Of a stretch of 19,838 nt of DNA, positions 1 to 8,198 are shown one piece after another. The notes under the pieces are model-generated. The model did not search any database. It was not told the DNA's origin and saw nothing but the letters and a program-made list of their open reading frames with translations. The DNA lies in contig JBEKDF010000045.1 of NCBI GenBank assembly GCA_050014495.1, positions 1 through 19,838 of the forward strand, read 5' to 3'. How positions within the stretch are numbered: position 1 is the first letter of the stretch; every line of letters begins with the position of its first letter. The translations under genes were made by a program, and so were the position numbers. The stretch comes from Candidatus Bathyarchaeia archaeon (lineage in GTDB: Archaea > Thermoproteota > Bathyarchaeia > TCS64).

Positions 1-1
1 T

Positions 2-574
2 CACCATGCGGGGAAACGACTTCTCCACCACCTTCCCCTCCACGATGACGTTGTTTAAACCGTCCCTGAGAGAGGATATGGGCATAATCGCATCAGCATC
101 ACCCAAACGCTTCTCATACCACCTTCCTTTAGCACCAGGATCCGTAAGATCCCAGCCAACCTGTTTGAACCCGAGCCCCTCAAAGAAACTTTGAGTTCTT
201 ATACTCCACTCAGGTGCGCCAAGAGTCCATAATGAGACATCCAGATACTTGTCCATGACAAGTTCCATCGCCTTGGAGCCGATTCCCCTCCTATGATGAT
301 CTGGATCGATGAAGATCCTCTCCACGACTCCATGCTTTCCACTTATATTCGCCACGATCCCCCCAACCAGCTCATCCCCAAGCAAAACAATGTGGCAGCT
401 GAGGAGCCTGAGGGATCTAGTGTAAAACACCGGAGAATCATAGCCCTGCGGTCCGCCGGGTCCTGGCGACCCAAAGTCGACATTGGAGTCGAACGCCCTC
501 TTCGACATCTCCGCGAGGCGTTCCGAATATTCCTCTGATGCCTCAGCGATGGTAACGATCTTGGTAGAATCCAA
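2..574 (-). CDS. GNAT acetyltransferase fused to a C-terminal SSB/RPA-like OB-fold domain (3' end outside the window)
   Basis: Not in the ORF track because there is no stop inside the window. Manual translation from TTG at 574 (SD-like AGGTG upstream): MDSTKIVTIAEASEEYSERLAEMSKRAF...VVERIFIDPDHHRRGIGSKAMEL...RTQSFFEGLGFKQVG...WYEKRLGDADAIMPISSLRDGLNNVIVEGKVVEKSFPRMV. It shows GNAT motif A (HRRGIG), motif B (FFEGLGF), then an SSB-like N-terminal strand. Confidence 0.85.
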   Translation of the reverse strand, partial: MDSTKIVTIAEASEEYSERLAEMSKRAFDSNVDFGSPGPGGPQGYDSPVFYTRSLRLLSCHIVLLGDELVGGIVANISGKHGVVERIFIDPDHHRRGIGSKAMELVMDKYLDVSLWTLGAPEWSIRTQSFFEGLGFKQVGWDLTDPGAKGRWYEKRLGDADAIMPISSLRDGLNNVIVEGKVVEKSFPRMV

Positions 575-732
575 AATTATAACACCTAGCCAAAAAGCGC
601 TTCCAGTGATACCTTACTTTGTTGACTGAGATTTAAACTTAAGAATGTGATTCAGATCGCCGTTTTATGCGCTTTGACAGCGCGCCTGAGCACAAATAAT
701 GGTCTTCACCGGAAATAAACCCCTAAGATCTA

Positions 733-1290
733 TCACGATATGTACTTGTTACAGAGAAGACTAACATGCTCAAGTGTTAACTCGAGCCTCATCTCAACTC
801 CTATCTTCGGGTTTCTCCTTGTTACCTGAAAGCCAAACCTCTCCCAATACTCTCTGAGCTTACGACCAGACTCATCCAAATCTTCAGTTATCATCTTCTC
901 AGAGCGGTAGCCGTTTACTATGCAATAGAGTGCCTCGAGGGCAGTGAGTATCGAGGCAACACCTCTTCTTTCAATGAGAGTTGCGGCGCTATCTGAGAAG
1001 TATGCGCCTTCTTCTGGGTCGTCGTAACCAAACACGAAGGCTATGGGTCTCTCATTGAGGTAAATTATAAAACAGGTGAACCCCCGTTTCTTTGATCGAA
1101 TCGTGAGCTCCCTTTCACTGTACCTCAGCTCGCTCCTGAAGCGCTCGTCCTCTATTTGGCTTATAATTTTGAGTATATCTTTATTCATCTCATGGTAGAC
1201 AGCGACTCTACACATTCCATCTAGGGTGCCACTTAACTTCACTTCAGCCTTACAGAGATATTCAGCAAAAGAAGGCGCCCACGAATCCAT
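733..1290 (-). CDS. GNAT-fold protein, putative acetyltransferase
   Basis: 185 aa; ERRGVASIL resembles acetyl-CoA binding motif A and YWERFGF resembles motif B. Confidence 0.65.
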   Translation of the reverse strand: MDSWAPSFAEYLCKAEVKLSGTLDGMCRVAVYHEMNKDILKIISQIEDERFRSELRYSERELTIRSKKRGFTCFIIYLNERPIAFVFGYDDPEEGAYFSDSAATLIERRGVASILTALEALYCIVNGYRSEKMITEDLDESGRKLREYWERFGFQVTRRNPKIGVEMRLELTLEHVSLLCNKYIS

Positions 1291-1341
1291 TTCCCCGTCT
1301 AATCTTCTCTATTACTTTTTATACCTTCCCTTTCCCTCAAA

Positions 1342-1596
1342 TCAATTAGGATTCTCGAGGAAACTACGCACAACATTTAAGGGAATTATTACAAAGTTCG
1401 AATCAACTATCCGCCTAGTAGCGCTGGGTGAATCACCCCCCTTATTGACCTCATTAAAGTATGACTCGAACTCGCTCAGCTTAGTGAAGTTAACATTGTT
1501 GATCTGGGTGATGAATAGATACTCCTCCCCCGTTTCCTCCTTTACCCTCTTCTGTAGGAGTAGGCTGGAGGGAGGATGTTCAACCTGGACTATCAT
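1342..1596 (-). CDS. hypothetical protein
   Basis: 84 aa ATG ORF, co-oriented with the two GNAT genes and filling the gap; no recognisable motif. Confidence 0.55.
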   Translation of the reverse strand: MIVQVEHPPSSLLLQKRVKEETGEEYLFITQINNVNFTKLSEFESYFNEVNKGGDSPSATRRIVDSNFVIIPLNVVRSFLENPN

Positions 1597-1691
1597 GATT
1601 CGATGATTTACGACGTGCCCTAAATATCCTATCCTACCAGTAAAAGCTAACTCGTTAGTCTTAAGAGCGGTTAGACGAATAGCACCCTACG

Positions 1692-3380
1692 GTGCCAAGG
1701 GAACTCGGCGAGGCTGACGGGTTGAAGCTCGGCAAAAGAGATGTTATGATAATATTCATCATCTCGGCATTCTTCTTTCTCATCGCTGCCTTTAACTTAG
1801 GCCAACTAAACATACCCTCCACTAACTGGCAGGTTCAGCCTGATTCTGTGACGATGAACTTTGACAGTAACAGAACAATCTCCACCGTCTATTTGCTTGT
1901 AAACACGGATTCTAACGTAACCGCCAGCTTCTCGACCCCTCGAGGTGCAGATTGGACTGCTAAAGCCTACATGAACAATTACGGATATTACAAGTGGATA
2001 GAGGTCCCGTTAAATGTGAAGACGGACCGCCTGAGAATACGCTTCTACACCTCAGCTGGTGATTTGTTCGAAGTAGTTGCCGTCGACTCCAACCAGGAGC
2101 AGGTGGGGATAAGGAGCATTAAATCCGATTCGGGTGATGCCTCAGTGTTGAGACTCGTGGACGAGCAGAGTCTCTTCGAGAATCCCCCGTCGTTTCGATC
2201 CGAGTCTTTCTTCGATGAAGACCTCTTTGTCCGTGCTGCAAAGGAGTACCTCAGTTTAAAGGAACCAGTTTCTGAGGAGACCCATCCCCCCCTTGGGAAG
2301 CTCATTATCGCAGCTAGCATAGACGCCTTCTCATTCAATCCGTTCTCGTGGAGGATAATGGGTGTCGTCTTCGCGACTATGATGATTCCAGTAATCTACG
2401 CCTTAGGTCTCGCTCTCTTCAAGACACGCGCAGCTGCCACCATTGCAGCTTCATTACTATCTTTGGATTTCATGCATTTCTCAATGAGTCGAGTGGGTAC
2501 AGTTGATACTTACCTCGTATTCTTCATCCTCCTATCGACCCTGTTCTTCTATCTTAACTATGAGAAGATGTCCCGTGGATCGGGTCCAGACTTCCGATTC
2601 ATCCTAATGGGGGTGATCTTTTTTAGCCTCGCGTTCTCCGTCAAGTGGATAGCCGTCTTCAGTCTTCTGGGGGAGGCAATATTGTTCCTAACAATCTGGA
2701 TGTTAGGTCCCTCACAATCGGAGAGCTTGACTGAGCGCCTAAACTCTCTTATTAAGCCCCTATTGGTTATCACTGTAATTATCCTCATTGTTGGTGGCGG
2801 CATTTACCTCGCATCATTCATACCATACGCGCTCATTGGGCACAGCCTATACGACATCTACAATGCACAATGGTCGATGCTCGCCTATCACACTGAGATG
2901 AGCGCTTATACTCACCAAAACTCATCAAATTGGTGGCAGTGGCCGACGATACTGGTTCCGCTCTGGCTCTACATTAAGGAACTCCCCGGAGGAATGATCT
3001 CAATCATCTCAGCGATGGGTAACCCAGTCGTTTGGTGGACCGGATTAATCGCAGTGATAAGCGCAACCGTAGACGGGGCCAAGAGAAAGTGGCCCTACCT
3101 ATTCCTAGGCATACTCTATTTCTCACAGCTCCTACCCTATGCTCTAATTTCGCGTTATCTCTTCATCTATCACTACTATGCCGAGGTCCCAATTCTGTGC
3201 CTCGCGATCGCTGGCCTAGTCCACGAAATGTGGTATAAGCCCCAGCAAAAAAAATATGTAATAATACTCATAGTGGCGACATGCATAATGTTCGCCATCT
3301 TCTATCCAGTAATCTCTGGTTATCCCATCCCGCAGTGGTACGACAGCTACCTCCGTTGGTTCAGAGGATGGACATTCTGA
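1692..3380 (+). CDS. PMT-family (GT39-like, GT-C fold) lipid-carrier-dependent glycosyltransferase / protein O-mannosyltransferase-like
   Basis: N-terminal TM helix, an extracytoplasmic domain, then FFDE, HPPLGKLIIA, WR, SR...D, SVKW, H..SSNWWQWP, MGNPVVWW, R..FIYHY motifs and many TM helices, as in PMT/PMT_4TMC proteins. Confidence 0.85.
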   Translation: MPRELGEADGLKLGKRDVMIIFIISAFFFLIAAFNLGQLNIPSTNWQVQPDSVTMNFDSNRTISTVYLLVNTDSNVTASFSTPRGADWTAKAYMNNYGYYKWIEVPLNVKTDRLRIRFYTSAGDLFEVVAVDSNQEQVGIRSIKSDSGDASVLRLVDEQSLFENPPSFRSESFFDEDLFVRAAKEYLSLKEPVSEETHPPLGKLIIAASIDAFSFNPFSWRIMGVVFATMMIPVIYALGLALFKTRAAATIAASLLSLDFMHFSMSRVGTVDTYLVFFILLSTLFFYLNYEKMSRGSGPDFRFILMGVIFFSLAFSVKWIAVFSLLGEAILFLTIWMLGPSQSESLTERLNSLIKPLLVITVIILIVGGGIYLASFIPYALIGHSLYDIYNAQWSMLAYHTEMSAYTHQNSSNWWQWPTILVPLWLYIKELPGGMISIISAMGNPVVWWTGLIAVISATVDGAKRKWPYLFLGILYFSQLLPYALISRYLFIYHYYAEVPILCLAIAGLVHEMWYKPQQKKYVIILIVATCIMFAIFYPVISGYPIPQWYDSYLRWFRGWTF

Positions 3381-3390
3381 GGCGATCAAA

Positions 3391-4110
3391 GTGTACCATC
3401 CTGAACTTGAAGTGAGTCTAGTGTTCCCAGCCTACAACGAGGCTGGAGGCATTGAGCGGGCCGTGGACGTAGCACTCAAGGAGCTCCTTAAGGAAAAGTC
3501 CTCATTTGAAATTATTATCGCTGAGGACGGGAGCAGCGATGGCACCGACGTCGTGGCTAAGCGTTTAGAAGCTACACATCAAGAGGTACGTCACATTCAT
3601 AGAGCTGAGCGCCTCGGACGAGGCAGCGCACTGAACAGGGCCTTTAAGGAGTGCCGAGGCACGATCCTCGTATACATGGATGTCGATTTAGCCTCTGACA
3701 TCACACAACTCTGGGCACTCATCGACTCAATCCGCGACGGAGCAGACATAGCGACGGGATCCCGTTTGCTCCCAAGTAGTAGAGTACAGAGATCAGCGCG
3801 TCGAAGCCTCGCATCGTGGTTTTACAACTTCCTAGTTAGGACTTTGTTCAATATTCCCATCCACGACTACCAGTGCGGTTTCAAGGCATTCAACAGGCGA
3901 AGGTTGATGGAGTACATAGACGAGGTCGAGGACACACATTGGTTCTGGGACACCGAGGTCATTATCAGGGGGGTACGCCATGGTCTAAAGGTTGAAGAAA
4001 TACCCATCAATTGGTCTGAAGGCCAAGGCACAAAAGTAAACCTCATCAGAGACTCCTGGAGGATGGGGTCTAAGGCCATCCACCTCTGGTGGAAAATGCG
4101 CAATACCTAA
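3391..4110 (+). CDS. GT2 glycosyltransferase, dolichol-phosphate mannose/glucose synthase-like
   Basis: PAYNE, EDGSSDGT, GRGSA, DVD (DxD), GSR, DYQCGFKAF, FWDTE, EIPINW motifs; starts 10 nt after the PMT gene. Confidence 0.88.
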   Translation: MYHPELEVSLVFPAYNEAGGIERAVDVALKELLKEKSSFEIIIAEDGSSDGTDVVAKRLEATHQEVRHIHRAERLGRGSALNRAFKECRGTILVYMDVDLASDITQLWALIDSIRDGADIATGSRLLPSSRVQRSARRSLASWFYNFLVRTLFNIPIHDYQCGFKAFNRRRLMEYIDEVEDTHWFWDTEVIIRGVRHGLKVEEIPINWSEGQGTKVNLIRDSWRMGSKAIHLWWKMRNT

Positions 4111-4162
4111 CGTGGCCACCTCCTGTTATTAACGCCGAGCGCATTTTGTGTATTCGACTCTT

Positions 4163-5323
4163 ATGTCGAGGAAGAATCTCTTCAACTCCGCCACAGTGGA
4201 GTCGATGCTCAGCGTGCCCAACCTCAAGTGGCACACAAACCCCCCCGATGTAATCCCGATGTGGATAGCTGCACCCGACTTCCCAATAGCACCGGAGATT
4301 AAGAAAGCACTTCACGACGCCGTAGAGGCTGAAGACGTTTTCTATAACACTGACACCGCCGCTAAGGTCGCCATGGCCGAGAAGATCACCAGATTCAACA
4401 AGATACACGTAATCCCCGACGACGTGATGGTCATACAGGGTGTTGACCCGAGCCTCTGGCTCGCAGTAAAGCACGCCTGCAAGTCTGGGGACGAAGTAAT
4501 CATCACGGATCCCATGTACTCTCCATTCAAAGGAAGCCTCGACGCCGCAGGCGCCAAACCCATCCTCTGGGAACTAGATGAGAACGATGGCTACAAGTTC
4601 AATATCGAGAAACTGAAACAACTCGTCACAAAGAAGACGAGACTCATCGGAGTCTGCAACCCACATAACCCAACAGGGCGCGTCATGACAAAGGAAGAGC
4701 TCAAAGGCATAGCTGACATCGCAGTTGATAAGAAGATCAACGTCATGTCAGATGAGCTCTGGGAGGACATCATCTTCGACGACCGAAAACATATCAGCAT
4801 AGCCTCTCTCAGCCCCGAGATCGAGGACCTTACACTTACAAGCTGGGGATTCAGCAAGACCTTTGGCATAGCCGGGCTACAACTTGGCTACATGACTACC
4901 ACCAACAAGGAGGCCATGGCAGACATGAAGAAGCAGGCTACCGGGATACAGCGCGGCTCATCGACCCTAGCTAAGGCTATCGCCCCCATCATGCTCGACT
5001 CTACTCTTGACTGGTGGCGTAATGATATGATGAAGCACATCACAAAGATCAGGAATCTGTGCGCCATCCGCATGAACAAAATGAACGGTGTCACATTCCC
5101 TGACCTCGAGGGGACATATGTTCCATTCCCACGCTTCGACCTTGGGTTAACGAGCAAAGACCTTGCCGACCGCCTCCAGAAAGATTGGAAGATAGGCCTA
5201 TCCGCCGGCATCGCCTTTGGCGCTAAGGGGGAGAGCCACCTCAGAATGTGCATTGCCACAAGCGAATCAATTATGAAGGAAGCCCTCGACAGAATCGAGG
5301 CCGCTACCGAGAAACTCGGCTAG
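4163..5323 (+). CDS. PLP-dependent class I/II aminotransferase, MalY/PatB (C-S lyase)-like
   Basis: MWIAAPDF, CNPHNPTGRV, SDE, SKTF (PLP lysine) and the C-terminal R. ATG 4163 is preferred over GTG 4148 because TATA-like TTATTAA lies about 30 nt upstream. Confidence 0.85.
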   Translation: MSRKNLFNSATVESMLSVPNLKWHTNPPDVIPMWIAAPDFPIAPEIKKALHDAVEAEDVFYNTDTAAKVAMAEKITRFNKIHVIPDDVMVIQGVDPSLWLAVKHACKSGDEVIITDPMYSPFKGSLDAAGAKPILWELDENDGYKFNIEKLKQLVTKKTRLIGVCNPHNPTGRVMTKEELKGIADIAVDKKINVMSDELWEDIIFDDRKHISIASLSPEIEDLTLTSWGFSKTFGIAGLQLGYMTTTNKEAMADMKKQATGIQRGSSTLAKAIAPIMLDSTLDWWRNDMMKHITKIRNLCAIRMNKMNGVTFPDLEGTYVPFPRFDLGLTSKDLADRLQKDWKIGLSAGIAFGAKGESHLRMCIATSESIMKEALDRIEAATEKLG

Positions 5324-5524
5324 GATACTCACTATTTTTGCCCAAAGCTCGTTTCTGTAAATCATGATCCACTAATCATCAAGAATGTATCTCAGGCAAT
5401 CCCGAAGATTAGGACGATACGAATCGAGCCAAAGAGAGGGTTTCGATTCAAGGCTGGACAATTCTTAGACTTCTATGTGGACCTCTTTGGTGAAAGGAGA
5501 GCGCGTTGTGGTAATTTCTTTTGA
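5324..5524 (+). pseudogene. remnant of an FNR-type FAD-binding oxidoreductase (N-terminal part only)
   Basis: Stop-free frame reading ...PLIIKNVSQAIPKIRTIRIEPKRGFRFKAGQFLDFYV..., matching the FxFxxGQF motif. No upstream in-frame start codon; ends at TGA 5522-5524. Confidence 0.5.
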
Positions 5525-5547
5525 AGACAGGTTAACCTCTTATTCTC

Positions 5548-7335
5548 TTGCCTCGCCCATTCAGAGGCAAGGGTCGATCAGACTTGGATAAACGCCGCCT
5601 AAACCTCATGAAAGTCGCACTCGGTCAGGTTCCCCCTGACACCGTAATTGAGAATGGTGTATTAGTCGACGTTGCTACAAGGAGGCTCGTAGACGGCATC
5701 TACATTTCGATCAGCGAAGAAAGGATCGCCTCAATATCGAGGGAAAAGCCAAAAACAGATTCAAAAACGAAGATCATAGACGCAAACGGTGCCTACCTGG
5801 CCCCAGGACTAGTTGACGCTCACTACCACATTGAAAGTAGCAGGCTGAGCCCACGGCGCCACGCTCAAATTACCCTACCCCATGGAACAACCACACTATT
5901 CGAGGGGAGCCACGAGATCTGCAATCCCCTCGGCCTCGATGGAATAAGATACCTCCTTGAAGAAGCGGAAGGACTCCCCCAGAAGATATTCATCGGGTTA
6001 AGCTCTGCAACCCCTCCCACCCCTTATGAAACCACCGGCTCATACATCGGAGGTAAAGAAGCGGAGGAGGCTCTGAGGCTGAGGGGGGTTTCAGGCATCG
6101 ATGAGGTTATGGACTATACTGCCCTATTCGGTGGGGAGGAACGACTCCACAGTGTCATAGAGGCGGGGCTTTCCTCGGGTAAGGTCGTCGAGGGACACGG
6201 TGTACCATCACCACCACAAGCCGATGCCTTATTCGCTACAGGTGTATCATCAACTCATTTCTCTGGAGACAGTGCGAAGGCGATTGCTCTCCTAGAGAGA
6301 GGCTGCTTCCTTGAGCTAAAGCCCAGAGACAGTAGACAGGCGATACATGAGCTCGTTACCACTAACATTGATTGGCAAATGGTAGGAATGTGCGTAGACG
6401 ACCGCCCTGCAGAGAGTATAAACCAACTTGGCCACCTCGACTATGAACTTAGGATCTGCATCGAGGAGGGCCTCGATCCAATCACCGCCATCCAAATCGC
6501 GACTCTGAACAACGCCCGTCACTGGAGAAAGGAGCATGAGGTTGGCATAGTCGCCCCCGGGAGACGCGCAGATATAATCTTCCTCACCGATCTCGAGAGT
6601 TTCAAGATCGATAGAGTCATGGCAGACGGTGAAATCGTGGCGGAAAAAGGCAAACTCACCGTAAACATCCCGATAATGCCTGCCCCCGATTACGTGCTCA
6701 ACACAATCAGACTTCAGAAACATCTTACATCAAAGGACTTTGAAGTTAGATCACCTAACAACCAATCCAAGGTCAAGGCAGCGGTACTCCGCCCCTTCTA
6801 CTTCAGCGTCGATCTCCTCCCGATAACAAGGGAACTCCAAGTAGAAGACGGCCTAGTCCAGAGAGATCTAAGCCACGAAGTAAACAAGGTTGCCATAATC
6901 CGACGCGACGGGGGTGGTCTCGGTATAAGTTTTTGGGAGCTAGGATATCAATATGGAGCCATCGCTATGAGTGTGCTACACGACTCCCACAATATCAGCG
7001 TAATTGGCGCCAATGACGCCGATATGGCGAGAGCCGTAAACCGCGTCGCAGAAATGGGAGGAGGTATAGTCGTCGTTAAGAGTGGCATTATCAAGGCTGA
7101 TGTCCCTCTCCCAATAGCAGGACTGATGACTGACAAGCCACTCTCCGAGGTTGTTGCTGGACTAGACAAAGTCAACGAGGAGGCCGCTAAATTAGTCCCT
7201 GGAAAGCTTCTCGGACCCAACCCTGTCGACACCCAAACATTCATTTTCCTTACATGTTTCCCCTGGAGCATCGTCCTAACCGACAAGGGCCTCGTCAACG
7301 TTAGAACAGGCCAGTGGCTCCCACCGGTTTGGTAG
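5548..7335 (+). CDS. adenine deaminase (AdeC, COG1001) family amidohydrolase, divergent
   Basis: PGLVDAHYHIESS, HGTT, HEI.N, EVMD, EGH, CVDD, ATLNNARH, APGRRAD, HDSHN, LPIAGLM, LTDKGL; 595 aa two-domain size typical of AdeC. Confidence 0.85.
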   Translation: MPRPFRGKGRSDLDKRRLNLMKVALGQVPPDTVIENGVLVDVATRRLVDGIYISISEERIASISREKPKTDSKTKIIDANGAYLAPGLVDAHYHIESSRLSPRRHAQITLPHGTTTLFEGSHEICNPLGLDGIRYLLEEAEGLPQKIFIGLSSATPPTPYETTGSYIGGKEAEEALRLRGVSGIDEVMDYTALFGGEERLHSVIEAGLSSGKVVEGHGVPSPPQADALFATGVSSTHFSGDSAKAIALLERGCFLELKPRDSRQAIHELVTTNIDWQMVGMCVDDRPAESINQLGHLDYELRICIEEGLDPITAIQIATLNNARHWRKEHEVGIVAPGRRADIIFLTDLESFKIDRVMADGEIVAEKGKLTVNIPIMPAPDYVLNTIRLQKHLTSKDFEVRSPNNQSKVKAAVLRPFYFSVDLLPITRELQVEDGLVQRDLSHEVNKVAIIRRDGGGLGISFWELGYQYGAIAMSVLHDSHNISVIGANDADMARAVNRVAEMGGGIVVVKSGIIKADVPLPIAGLMTDKPLSEVVAGLDKVNEEAAKLVPGKLLGPNPVDTQTFIFLTCFPWSIVLTDKGLVNVRTGQWLPPVW

Positions 7336-7380
7336 ACCACAAACCAATTCACATACAGCCGCGATACAGACATTGATACT

Positions 7381-7836
7381 ATGCTATCTAAGGAAGAAAC
7401 ACTAAAACTAGCGAAGTCTTATGCCGAACAGAAATTCCTCTGCTCAGAGGCGTGTCTAATGGCCCTAACCAAGTGTCAGGGGGTAGAAAGTCCCCTCATC
7501 CCGAGAATTGCCACAGGCTTTGGAGCAGGAGTCGGCAGGAGCGGAGAGATTTGCGGTGCCGTTACAGGGGCAGTCATGGGTCTCAGTATCCTATATGGCA
7601 GGGACAAGGTAGAGCCAATGAAGGACCGCCGCCCCTATTGGTATTCTACAGAGCTGCTCAAGCGATTCAAACACGAGAATGGCAGCCTCAGATGCCCAGC
7701 ATTACTTGGCCTTGACATAGCCAAACCCGCTGACTACGAGGAATATGATAAGAGAGATCTCTGGAAGAACAATTGCACGAATTATATTCTCTCAGCAACC
7801 GGTATCGCTTGGGATATAATCGAGGAAAACAAATAG
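7381..7836 (+). CDS. C_GCAxxG_C_C family putative redox-active protein
   Basis: CSEA, GFGAG, ICGAVTG, C..LLG and a final C match the family signature. Confidence 0.85.
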   Translation: MLSKEETLKLAKSYAEQKFLCSEACLMALTKCQGVESPLIPRIATGFGAGVGRSGEICGAVTGAVMGLSILYGRDKVEPMKDRRPYWYSTELLKRFKHENGSLRCPALLGLDIAKPADYEEYDKRDLWKNNCTNYILSATGIAWDIIEENK

Positions 7837-8014
7837 GTTCAAACTCACATGTCCTCTTTGGATCTCCTTTTCGTAATTTCCCCCAACCCATATTATATAA
7901 TTCAATGAAAAATATATCGAAAAGTTAAATCAAAAGCTAAATTAATCTTTAGCAATAGACTATTTTTCCTAGATTAGAAACCTTGAAACCCTACTTTCTC
8001 CTTATTATATCGCT

Positions 8015-8164
8015 ATGAATAGAGAAAGGGAAAGCCATGTCGTTCCCGCCATCGTTGCGGTCATAGGTGTCATAGCCTTCGCGGTTCTCGTCTATGTGTT
8101 GCTTTCAGGAGTGGACTGGCTGATTAACCGAATACTCGGATCAGGTGTGGGGACGACCATTTAA
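8015..8164 (+). CDS. small single-pass membrane protein (49 aa)
   Basis: Manual translation MNRERESHVVPAIVAVIGVIAFAVLVYVLLSGVDWLINRILGSGVGTTI*; one long hydrophobic helix; below the ORF-track cutoff. Confidence 0.55.
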   Translation: MNRERESHVVPAIVAVIGVIAFAVLVYVLLSGVDWLINRILGSGVGTTI

Positions 8165-8198
8165 TAGCCGTTTTAAGCCCAAACATGAACACTGATTC

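Noticed and set aside
6..538. Plus-strand ORFs 6..194 and 293..538
   Set aside because: Antisense to the GNAT-OB gene, which has clear motifs. The same applies to the other antisense or alternate-frame ORFs overlapping recognised genes, e.g. 1226..1606, 4070..4474, 6948..7373, 16111..16518 and 17605..18030.
5321..7836. TAG recoding (pyrrolysine-type read-through): the aminotransferase TAG is followed by an open frame, and the deaminase TAG (7333-7335) is in frame with ATG 7381 with no stop between
   Set aside because: Each TAG falls at the natural C-terminus of its family, iorB and the C_GCAxxG gene also end in TAG, no gene has an internal TAG, and no pyl genes are in the window. Chance explains it adequately.
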